NCBI RefSeq assembly: GCF_006345805.1
Contig: NC_043000.1
Span: forward strand, 134,106,001 to 134,170,000
Reading direction: 5' to 3'
Source: Octopus sinensis
Taxonomy: Eukaryota
Length of the DNA stretch: 64,000 nucleotides
Position 1 is the first letter of the stretch. Each line of letters starts with the position of its first letter. The position numbers and the translations under genes were made by a program. Below the pieces are notes generated by a model. That model saw only the letters and a program-made list of their open reading frames with translations, ran no database searches and was not told where the DNA came from. Positions 25,101 through 38,063 of this stretch are shown here, one piece after another.

Positions 25101-28100
25101 ATTGAAGTTACCAAAACCAAACAAACTTGTTCTACTTTCGTTAGTTGGAATAAAGAAAAAGAAAACAAAAACTCACCGACTTGGGTCAGTAATCCCAAAC
25201 TCTTGCAATGCCAGCATCACAACAGTTCTTGAATCAGTTTCCTGTAGATCATTAAATAAATGAATTTAATTAATCATTTTTTTTTTTTAATTGAAATTAA
25301 TAAAAAGATAATTTTTAAATAAAATTATTCTAAACTAGCAGTATCGCCCAGCGTTGCTCGGGTTTGTAAGGGAAATAACTATATAAGCATTTTTAGAGAG
25401 TTATAGCCAAAAATTAGCAAAAAAATGCATTAAAAATGGGGAAAAAATGATGGTAAATTTTTTTTTAAATCGTTGACTCATCGTAGACATTTTTAGAGAG
25501 TTACTTCTCTTATATAATAACGAAAAAAATGCATTAAAATGGAAAAAAATTATGGTAAATTTTTTTTTAAATCGTAGACTCATCATAGACGCGCGCTAAT
25601 ACCCAGAAGGGCTCGATATGAATCACGACTATAAGATACCCGGTTTTGATTAAAATGCACCGCAAAATTTGAGAGTAGTTAGGAATCTAAATCGTAGGAG
25701 ACAGACACACAACTTGACTTTTATATATAAAGATATGAATCAAGACTGAAACTTACCCGGTAAACTGTAAGATATTTGAAGGATTGATCCGAGCGATAGA
25801 TTTTAAGGACATGGTCCGGAAAGTCTGTCTTTGGATCATCTGTTAAACCAGAAACTGATAAATCAGGGTTGCTGATAGACAGATGGCTAGACATTCCAGC
25901 AGTTGATGATGAGGTAGAAGATGACGTGGAAGACTTGCGAGAAGGTTTTGTATATAAGCTTTCATCTGAATGGTTCATACTGTTATCACTGCTGAAAGAA
26001 AAGCAATGAGATTAAAATCAGTCATGGACTGAATGAATATCAATTTCGAAATTGTTCATATGAACTGTGTATTTCATTCACTTGAAAATAACTGAAAGAC
26101 TTTGCAGTCAGGGAAGAGAAATGAGTGAAATATAAAACATTTAACCCTTTAGCATGCATTACATTCTTCAAGATTCCAATGAATTGATTGTTCAATTTAA
26201 AAATGACAAACATGAAACAGAGAGAATATTTTGGCCGTGCCGGTGGTACGTAAAAAGCACTATCCGAATCGTGGCCGAAGCCAGCGTCACCTCGACTGGC
26301 TTCCATGCCGGTGGCACGTAAAATGCACCAATCTGATCGTGGCCGTTGCCAGCCTCGCCTGGCACCTGTGCAGGTGGCACGTAAAAAATACCCACTACAC
26401 TCACGGAGTGGTTGGCGTTAGGAAGGGCATCCAGCTGTAGAAACACTGCCAGATCAGACTGGAGCCTGGTGCAGCCTTCTGGCTTCCCAGATCCCCGGTC
26501 AAACCGTCCAACCCATGCTAGCATGGAGAATGGACGTTAAACGATGATGATGATGATGGCTGGTTTAAATGTTGAAGGGTTAATTTTATAATATTTATTT
26601 AAATGAATGAGTGTCAAACATGTTTTTCAATAAGAGTAAACCATATACAGACAGATATGCTTGTAGTGACATATAATACAAATAAATGTATAAGGGTCAG
26701 GGATTGTTGACAGTGAGGTATACTCAAATGTTATTGAGAAGCTGTTATCAAAATTAGACTGAATACATTGAATTCTTGAACTTTGGAGATGTGATCCAAA
26801 AAGAGACAGATATACTGTGGAGACACTGTATTGTAGATCTATTCAACCCCATGCCAGAAAGAAAGAAGATTTTAAAATTTAACTGCACACAATTTAAAAT
26901 CACAATTTGTTGACATGTTTCAACAATTTTCTTTATACAGAGGTGAAATAATTAAGTTACGCACATACAATTAAATGGTGAATAATTCTTTGAATTTTCA
27001 GCTTTTCTTTAAAATTTCTTGTAAGAAAATAAATTATCTTACTTATTTTCAATTATCTTGTGACAATTTCTAATCAACATCTCAAAAAATCCAAGATAAA
27101 GTGGTGCAGCCTAGGTATACACTATTCTTTATTAATCGAAACAAGTTTGTAGAGCAGTTTCATCCTGTATACGCACATGTTAGACTTCTAATAGAGATGT
27201 CCTAAAACTTATTAATATTACGGGAAACTACCACCTGTGTCATCTCTTGTGAAAGGTAGGAGAGTCCAGTTTGCTGGACATTGTTGTAGAGCTGAAAAAG
27301 AGGTCATTTCTACTCTCCTCCTCTGGAAGCCATCTACTCGCAATGCCAGAGGACGCACATTCTCCTACCCTGATGTAATCTCCTAGGATACAGGCATCCA
27401 GCAACAGGACCTCCGTAATGCCATGATGGACCGTGAAGTCTGGCGTAGCATGGTAAATTCCATTGTCTCGACCACAGTCAAACAATGATGATGATGACAC
27501 CCGAGGAATTTGGAGCTTAGTTAATTCCATCTTCTCTGTATACATTTTTTCATCAAGTAGTTTGTAGTGAATTGGTTTTTCAGTCACATTCCACCTTTCA
27601 TACCAAATGATTCTACTTTAAAGACAAAGATGCATATACATATAAGATGAGGCTTCTTAAAGATAATATTTCTCACAAAGATAAAGTGCTACACAAACCT
27701 GTTTAGCTTTGGGATGAAATTCATTTTCATCAAAGCCTTCCGGATCTTCGGCTTATAAGTCATTGTCATAAAACCTCTTTCTTTCTTGTCATTTTTCTTC
27801 TCTTTCACAGAAGAAATGGCTGGAGCCAAAGATGCTTCTAAGTCAGGTGCTGAAAGCCTCTGTTTGTGATCTGTATACAATTTAATTGGCTCATCTTTCG
27901 AGCCACTGGATCGTTTCTTTTCAGTTAGAAGTTCTCTAAATTCTGAAATGCAAACAACAACAAATATATATAATTTGGATGAACTGAACAGAATTGCATG
28001 TCACATCATCCTCATTCACTCTGACTCTTTGATGGTATGATGCTCTATTTTTAGGATAACATTGTAAGGTAGATGTGAAAGGCTTGATCAGGCCAGTTTC

Positions 28101-31100
28101 AACAATAAAACAGGTAGATTATTTTGGCCAGATATGGCTGGTTTAGGTGCTAAAGGGTTAAACTACACTAAAATAATCCAATGCAATCCCTTATACTTTG
28201 GTCAACCTCTGCTTGACCAAAGTATAATGGATTGCATTGGATTATTCTCATCTCTCTACCACACTCTCACATCCTTAGGAGATGTAGAAGAGATTGCATC
28301 ACACTTTCTATACCCATTACACTAACTTTGCTCTTTCTGTACTGCCAGCGATAACTCATTCTCCTCCAGGCCATTTCTTTTGCCATGCATCACTCATCAC
28401 CTACTCTTATCTTTGTCCACCTCTGCTTTTATCGATCACTCTCATCATCCTTCTTAACTCCTTCCTAAATAATCCTACCTACTCCATTATACTCTTGCTC
28501 TTTTCACCCACCCATTCTGGTCTATCTGCTGCCATCGCTCTCTTTCCTATTCCCCTCCTCAGTCACCTGTGCAAATGTAGTTGCCTAGGATACAAAGTAC
28601 TTTCTAACCCCTACACTCTTGCAATTTCTGTCCATTTTACTGTTATTGCTCTCCCTCTCTCTTTTTCTCCTTCCTGGTTTACAGGTCTTAAATATACTTA
28701 GTCCTCCTATATTTTCTGAATAAAAGGGCTCCAACTTCTGTACAAGTGCCATAAAATAAAACGCAACATCCCCTCTAGAGTGACTGGTGAGCTATTCAAT
28801 TTCTAGTGCTAATGTCCCCCAAAATGCACCCAGTACACAGGGTAAAGTGTTTGGCAAATGAGTAGAGAAAACTTAGGGTTGTGAGGTCATTTTATGCCTG
28901 TTTTGCTGAGAACTTATCGACCATTTTAGTCTTGATTCTATGAGAATGTACACAATGTATACTGTATAGTGGGCTATTACAAAATTATTCAAGCCGTGAT
29001 GACTCTCCAACACATGCTAGCATGAAAAGTGGATGTAAAATGATGATGTAAAGCATTATATAAATGTTCATCCGTATTTAGTTAACTGAAAATAAAACAA
29101 CTTCTCTTATCTTTTCAATTACAAATAAACACAATCATCCAGCAATTAGCCAGGCACTTCAATTTGTTATTCAGTAGCAGGCTGTAAAGGAACAAAGACA
29201 AGGAATCCACATCTTACATCAGCCATCACAACAAAACTAAGTCTCTCCATTAACATTTTTATACTTTGCAAAGCAAACATAAAACAACATTTCTCCCCCA
29301 TCACATTGTTACAGGATATATTGTGATAATAGTCAGGAAAATTAACATTCAAACCAAGATATTTACAATAATAATGATGATAATATATGTAAACAAATTG
29401 TCAATTTTTTGCTATTTTATGATAGAAAACATTTTACGAATTATTGAAGAAAAGAACGTACTGTTAAGGAAAACATGATCTTAAACACAAGACATACCCT
29501 AAGTAAAATGCAAAATATATCTTAACCCTTTAGCATTCAGATTACTCTGTCACATATAATGCGTATTTAATAAGATTATCTTGAATTAATCATGTATTAT
29601 CTCATAGCTTTGAGATTTTGATGGTGTGATGGTCTATTTTTAGGATGACATTGTAAGGTAGATGTGAAAGGCTTGATCAGACAAGTTTCAACAATAAAAC
29701 AGGTAGATTATTTTGGCCAGATATGGTTGGTTTAGATGCTAAAGGGTTAAACTACACTAAAAACAAATGGCACACAAATAAAGAGGAGAGAGGTTGTTTT
29801 TTTTTGTTTAAGATTTAATATAGTAGAAATAATTTTAATATTTAGTGATATTAACTATGCAGCCAAAATAATAACACAAATGGAAACTAAAACAAGGTTG
29901 ATGGCTTACCCAAAAGATTTGATTTTACAGTGATAGATAAATGAGTGGCCCCTTTTAATATTTCAAGTGCTTTACTGTGAGGTACATTAATAAAGTTGAC
30001 ACCATTTACTTCTAAAATCTGAAACGAAAAGTAAACAAACAAAACAGTATTACCAAGTTATAAATCCTCATCATCAGAAATATTTCATTTATAACCAAAA
30101 TATCTCATTCAGAGAATATTTGAAAGATGGAAACTGTGTGGAATCCCAGTGTGTGTGTGTGTGTGTGTGTGCAAGCATGTAAATGTCTTTGTCTGTTCGT
30201 GTCCCCACCACCACCACTTAATAGTCAGTATTGGTTTAATTATGTCACTGTAACTTAGTGCTTTGACAAGAAAGCCCTGTAGAAGTACCAGACTTTAAAA
30301 ATATTACTGGGATCGATTTGGTCAACTAAAAACCTTTCCAGGCAGTGACCCAACTTGACCACAGTAACAAATAAAAGATAAAGGGTATCAAATTTAAAAA
30401 GTAAGGGGTTACATAGACAAATAATACTATCATACCTGGTCCCCTCTTTTCAGACCAGCATCATAGGCTTTTGATCCTTTCTCAACCTGTGTTACAAAGA
30501 TTCCAGCACCTCTTTCTAGTCCACCAATAATGAGAAAATTTAAAATCTCTTCTCTGGTTGCTCGCGTTAGTGTTACTGTTCTTGGGTGTGCTTTGCTGGA
30601 ACATGCTAACTCCAAAAGATGCAGTTGACTATTCATTTTCTGAAAAGTATAAAAGTAAAGATATTACACAATCATCAAAAATTATCAAAAGTGCTTAAGG
30701 CAAATTTAATTTCAATTAAGGTAATCCTTTTGGCTTATATTTTTTATAATATTTCTAGGTACTGAATAGATACCTATTCAAAGTTACCAATTAATTTTTA
30801 TTTTCAATCATAGCTCTATTTCACCAGCAAAGATATGGATCAAACACAAAACAATATCAGGTTATATTGTGAAAAACCAGACTTGATTGAGCAAGTATAT
30901 CTATAATCAAAAGCATTCCTCTTATGACCATTCTGTCTTATTTATCCTTCAAACATCATAACTATGTTATTTTGGGTGTCCTTTCTTTTTGAAGACCAAG
31001 TTGAGGGAGATTTGGTTGCTATTTTTAGAAAATGCATAATGCTTGTTGGCTTGAGCTACAGCTGTGTGGTCAAAATTGTTTCTAGTAGATGTACAAGGCT

Positions 31101-32369
31101 GGAAATTTGGAGGAGAGAGTTGCATTCATGCACTAAACTGATACTCGGATGGATGCAAGGCAAAACTGATCTTGGTGAGATTTGAACTCAAAATATAAAG
31201 AACCAGAAAAGTGTTGCAAGGCATTTTATCCAATCTTCTAACAATTCTGACAATCTTCTCCATCCCCTTCTGTACATTTAAGAATTTCGCAAATATCCAT
31301 TAGAGGTAATACTACACCAATAAGTAGCAGAATAAGATAACACTGACAAAGACAATGATACAGCTTTACAGTATTAATATCTTAATGCAGCTTAGAAGTA
31401 TTAAATGTTAGCAGAAAAAATCATAGCATTAAAAATTTATACAATGAAATTTTCTTTATAATATTCTTTTGTATTCTTCAATAATTTTAGAATAGAGTCA
31501 AACATCTGTGGATGATGAAACCATGTCTACAAGAAAAATATTTTTCATACCACTTGCAGATTCCCAAGTTTAGTAGATCTTATAATTGATATGTATTCTA
31601 CCTTCTGTTGTTAGATATAGCTTTATAAGCATTTTATGGTCGGTGAATATGGAACTGGTTTCACAGATAAACTGTCTATGTAGCTCGTGTTCTAGAAACA
31701 TATATGTGAATTTAACACAAAGTACTAATATTTTGAAAATTATACATTAAACCTTACAACCTCATGTCATCTCAATCACCATCATCATCATTTAACGTCC
31801 ATGTTCAAATGATGATGATGATTGAGATGACATGAGATTGTAAGGTTTAATGAATAATTTTCAAAATATTAGTACTTTATGTTAAGTTCACATATGTTTC
31901 TATAATACGAACTAGATAGTTTATCTGTGAAACAGGTTTCATATTCACCAACCATAAAATGCTTATGAAGCTATATCTAACAGAAGGATCATCTAAAATA
32001 ATAATGAGCATAGTGTTTTTATATATTTATGCGTATATATATATATATATATGATGTACATATATATTTGTCCAAAATCACGCAGTAGGAGGGAGTGAGA
32101 GAAAGAGTAGTATAAGTGAAGGGAGAGGAGAGAAAATCATAATTCAGTGAAGGAAAAGTAGTGAGAGAAATAGCCATGACCGACAGGGAGTGTGAGAAAG
32201 TAATAGCAATAAGAAAGAAGAAGTGGTAAAGAGAGCATCATGTTCACCGTTTCCTATTTGTATTCACCCCACTTTGTCGTATGGTTAACACCATATAGAT
32301 TTCTGGTGCATCCAAGTTAAGTACCATATTCATGTGAATTCAATAGAACTCACTTGAATCTTAATTGCT

Positions 32370-32418
<49 letters not shown>

Positions 32419-35400
32419 AGCAATTAAGATTCAAGTGAGTTCTATTGAATATATATATATATATAAATATATATATATATTGTAATGAAGGAAATATAAC
32501 AAAGTTAACAATCGAATATGTATTCTTTATTCAAACATAAGACCTTGGGAAAGGTTCTTCTTGAAATAAATATTAACATGATTATCATTGAAAAGAAAAA
32601 TTAGTTAGAAACTGTTGATACTATCATGTCCAGCACATCCTACTACATTATATATGCCTGCAGAGGTTTTCCTATAAAACAGGGTTAGAGGACATTCAGA
32701 CGAATCATTTCATAAGTGAAATGCTTTGTTTACATTTTACAAAGATCATTTGCTCTAATATTTCAGCTCCAATGTGTGTGTGTGTGTGTTTACAGTATAT
32801 AGTGTTTGTTATCAGTTCCTGATAATTTTAGTTGACCCAATGAGAGGTATACTCAATGGGACCCAGATCATACCATTTGCAGATTCCAAAGTTTAGGAGA
32901 TCCTGTAATTGCTATGTATTCTACCTTCTATTTCCACCCCCTACATGACAGTAATATTCATAATGATTACCCTGTATAGATTTTCTTATAATAACTCTCT
33001 TAAAAATAAATTGACGTAAACAGGATATCAATCAAGATATGTAAATGAATTGAATTTTACCATTTTTGAAGGATATTTAAATATAGATAAAACTTTTAGT
33101 ACTATTGAGATTAATTGATGAAATATATTTTCTTTTGATTATAAAAGTGAATGAAATTTACCTCTTGGACCAATAAATTTTCAAATTGCTCCAAAAATTC
33201 ACACATAACTGCATCCATTTCAAAATCATTGAAATGATTGTTCACCCACAATAACACCACTCTGGCAACCTGGAAAAGTGAAGAGACAAGATGGGTTATT
33301 AATGAAATACAATGAGCAATGTTTCTTAAATGTATTTTTAACAAAATCATAATTTATTTAGTAAAATTCAGAACAATCTTTGAAGAATCTTTTAGTAACA
33401 AGCATTACACATTATTATGGTTAATGTTGTAAAAGTATGTGATCACATCGTGTGACCAACCAGGCTATCAGATGTTGCTACACATTGCTAAACAATGTAC
33501 TTTTGCATTGTTTTAGCCTGCAAATGATACCACCCCACTGGCTAAGTGAGTGAGCCCACATTCCTCCCTGATCGTAAGGGGAATTGGAGCAATTTATCTC
33601 TTTCATCATTCAACAATGACTTAAAGACAGTGTTATAATAATTTTTACCAAAAATGAAGCTGTTTTACTCCAATAATCAGTACAGAACTGATCACTTAAA
33701 TGATCATAATATGTATGAAAGTGGAACTATGGGGGAATATTTTGGTGTGATACGTTATGAGGCAGTGATCAGATGATCCTATGAGTGTGGGGACCATAAA
33801 CATCTGAATAAGAAAAATGTAAGTTTTCGATTTGACCTGACAATATTTTGTGGAAAACTCAAACAAACTGTTTTAAAAATACTAGTACTGTAAATTCTCA
33901 AGTATAGTATGCCCTTGAGTATAATACGCAGGGGATTTTTAGGGGGTTGTACCTCTGAAAAACCTAAACCATGTGTATAATACGCACCCCTTCTCTAACT
34001 CGAGTCGTGTGTAATTAAGCCAGCAGCACCTAGTTGAACAAACACTTCCACGCATGCGTAATACAATAATGGTGATGTTCTATGAGAATGTAAATATGTT
34101 TGCAAATTGTTTTTGTTATATGTTATTCTGTGTTCTGAATACTTTTATTTTAATAAATGTTGCTTACTACAAGTTATAGATGATTCTCTTATAACTTCAT
34201 TGCTTTCAGGCTTAGCTTAAGGTATTTTCGCACCCAACATCACAATATGCGTCTGAATAAACATTGCCGGACAGCAAATAGAGACTCGGACATTGCTTAG
34301 AAAATATTTTTCATTTTTAACCTTGTTTATAGTACACATTAGGGATTTTGACCTTTACTTTTTGGGGAAAAATGCAGATTATACTAGAGGATTTACGGTA
34401 TACAGTATTTGGTTAGTGTTCATTTTTAACTTATAAGGATTAAAATATAGAGACACAGTAGATTTGAAAAATATAAACAAGAAATAACCTTCATCTTGAG
34501 ATTGGATTTTCCAAGTTCATTATTGTTGAACCAAGACAATAACTTATTGGCCAGAAATGTTGGACTACTGAGGAATGTACGATATGTTAAAAGGAAGTCT
34601 TCAACGTAGGTAGGGTCGACTGAAGAATTTTCCTCCTCAATTAAATGTTGCATCAGACGTTCAGAAGTCCCCTGAAGTAGAAAATACAGAAAAATAAGAT
34701 TAAAACAACAAGATTACAGTTTAAACAGGTTACTTTTTTTAAAATTGAATACAAAGAATAAAGGAAGCTAGTTACAGATGTTAAAAAAAAAGTGTTTTAT
34801 TTTTTTTTTAACATCTGTATATATAATGCAATGGCCAATTGAATGGCACTGAACATAAGGCAAACATAGGTAAAAATGTTAAGGCACATGGCCTTATGGT
34901 TATAGTATTAAGCATGCAATTATAAGGTCGTAGGTTCAATTCTCAGACCAAGCAGCATATGGTACCCTCAAACAAGGCACTTTATTTCATGTTACATCTG
35001 ATCTACTCTCAGGTAAAAATGTAAAGGCACATGACCTAATGGTCAGGTTAGTGTAAAGCTCACAAACATAAGGTTGTAGGTTCAAACATAGGGTTGTAGG
35101 ATCAGAACCCCAGATTCTAAGTACTTGATAACAGTGTGACCACTATTCTTCCTACTTGAGGCTACCAAGCTAAAAATTTACAGCAGCCTGCTAAAAGAGT
35201 TAATTTGTGACAAGCAATCAGGAAAACTGAGTGCATAACGAATCCTTATCTGAATATCTTTCGTATCTTTAATATTTGAACAATCACAATCATAGGCAGG
35301 AGGAGAGAAATTTAAGCCAGATTAAAATGAATTGATAATAAAGAATAAAATGAACTGATAATAAAAAAAAATAGGCTTCAGTTATTGATATCATCATCAT

Positions 35401-38003
35401 CCTTAATGACATTAAATTCTGAATGGAGATAAACTAAAACTACTATTTCAATGTAGAATATTTCGAGCACACACAAACAGTCATTAGTTAATTTCATTTA
35501 ACATCTCTTTTTTCATACTAGCATGGCCTAAAGAGATGTGAAGATTGGGGGGGGGGGGACTGAAGCAGGATTTTTTATAGCCAGATGTTCTTGTCACCAA
35601 CCCTTATCTGCCTTTTCAAATAAGGGAATTTTTTTTCTTTTTTTTTTTATTCTAGAGGAATTCTAAAGTACAGAGGTAGCAGACAATGTGTTGGCAAGAA
35701 ATATCAACAAATGTCACAGGCTGAAACTCAGCCACCAGCCAGGACTCCACCATTTGTAACTGTAGCTCAATGTAGTTTATAAATGTCCACACAAACATAT
35801 GTATGCACGCACACTCCCATCATATTGTAACTTCTCGCACAACCACCCTTTTATAACAATAAATCTGTCCTGCATACTTTAACATCTCACCACACCTTGA
35901 ACATTCTTTTGCTCTGTGAATTATGAAGCAAGCTCACTAGTGCTGGTGGTACCTAACACACCCAGTGAAATAGTCGGTTAATCAAGCATATACAATGCAG
36001 GGATTAAGAGGACTCTCTAAAATTGCTGAGGACATGACAACACTAGTGCTAGCGCTACAAAAAATTGCACCCTGTATGCTTTATAAAGTGGTTGGTAGCA
36101 GGAAGGGCATCCAGCCATAGAAACCAAGCCACAACTGAGATACTGGAGGAGGATATGGTTCTCTGATCTGTGAGAGCCTGTTGAACTGCACAATCCATGC
36201 CAGCATGGGAAATGAATGTAATAATAATAATAATGAAATTATTGTATACAGTGCTCAGGTGCACCACAACTTGTCAAAAGTGCGTATAAAGTATATGCAG
36301 TAATATACAAATGTCTGGGAAGTGAACAGTGTATGAGTCAGATACATGCTTGCATGTGTATGGAGGGGAGAAAATCAGGTGTAGTGTTGGCGAATCTCAG
36401 GAAGCATGGAAGTTTTGAAGGATAAAGATGACGATGATGATATGGAGTGTTTCTTTCACTTTCCATAAAACAAATACCCCCAAGGAAAAATTTCCAGGTA
36501 CACAAGTAGAGAATAAAGTACCAGCAGTTGAACAAACAAACACAATAACTAAAAAGATAGGTTAAGTTTAACAAATACATCACCTAGTATAGTCAAATAA
36601 TCATTAGAGAACTCTTTCTTTAACACTTTTATGCTAGATTATAGGCTAAAATAGATTATTATTCAATTATTAAATATTACACACACACAACCAATTCTAT
36701 GTTCTAAAATTATATTAGAACAGTCAGCAAGGCTAAATCTTTACCAACAAGCTATAATTATCACTAAATCAATTCTCTATTCACCCTTTTATATTTTGCT
36801 TGGATTCGACTGATTGGAGGTCATGACGACCTCTCTTATATTCATTATTTTGTCTTGATTTTAGTAATTTTTTTCTTCTTTTTATATTTGTATTTATAAA
36901 TCTTAACTTTTTGGATCTGTACTTCTAATATTGCAAGATTAGAAAACATAGTAATAAAAAAAAAAGTTTAAATAAAAATATTTATAGATCGATAATAAAA
37001 ATACAATACTTAAAATTTAGTTTCTGAATTTTTGGAACTTACAAAAGATGGTGGAGGTTAAACAAGAAACCAAATTCACATTCTAATTCAATGTATCCTT
37101 ATCATTTTTTTCTTTAAAGTAGTTTGAAGAAGATTAAGAGATTAACATTAGGAACATGCTTTTTATCTTAAAATTTATTTCAATTTTATGGCATTTCCAA
37201 ATAATATTCTTCCATCCCAGGTATCTTTTTCCAACACAAATACAGTTCTTGTTATGTAACAGTAATCCATGTTCGGAAGCCAGTAATAAAAACAAAAAGC
37301 TAAAGTAGTATGCCCTTACATAATATAACAGTCAAAGGAATAATATGAGCAGAATGAGGAAATTAGATCCAACAACCTCATATACAAATTTATCTGACAA
37401 GCCTATATAGACACATAGACTAGTCAGATAAATTAGTGTGTCTGTTTATATAAGTGTGTGTGTGTGTGTGAGTGAGTGAGTGAGTGAGTGCACGCATGCA
37501 CAAACAAACATCACCAGATTGACTCGGTAAATGCAATTAGCTTTGAAATTGCACTTATCAAAACATTGTATTTAACTTTCTCATGTGGAAAATGATAGAT
37601 GGCAGAGCTATCACTGAATTCCTTATCACAGAAGCAGCACAAAATTACAGTAACTGCAAAGTTTGTTTTATCATTTTATCATTTAACATGCCCTACTAAT
37701 AGAACAATATAAACCAACCATTGTCCATAACAGACAGAAAGTCGGGGGGAAAAAATGCAAATAAAAATAGCATCATATCTACAAGAGGTGGTGTATTCTG
37801 TAAATGCACAAATATGTAAAAATGTATCTAACAAAATTTATTTCTGAGTGAAGAACAACACAAACTATGAGAATGAGATGAATAAATAATCTAATTTGAT
37901 CTTTTCAGTTATAAGAGAAGTGATTCTCTCTGTTTCAAAATCTCCATTAAGTGACATTTTAAAAAGTTCAATCTCACTTAAAATTGCAATGTTTTCATCT
38001 TGT

Positions 38004-38063
<60 letters not shown>

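Noticed and set aside
28140-28800. 135-aa plus-strand ORF or decayed LINE endonuclease region
   Set aside because: Low-complexity composition and too degenerate to assign without a search.
34773-34819. Small hairpin TACAGATGTTA9...T9AACATCTGTA
   Set aside because: Short and half homopolymer, with no evidence of function.
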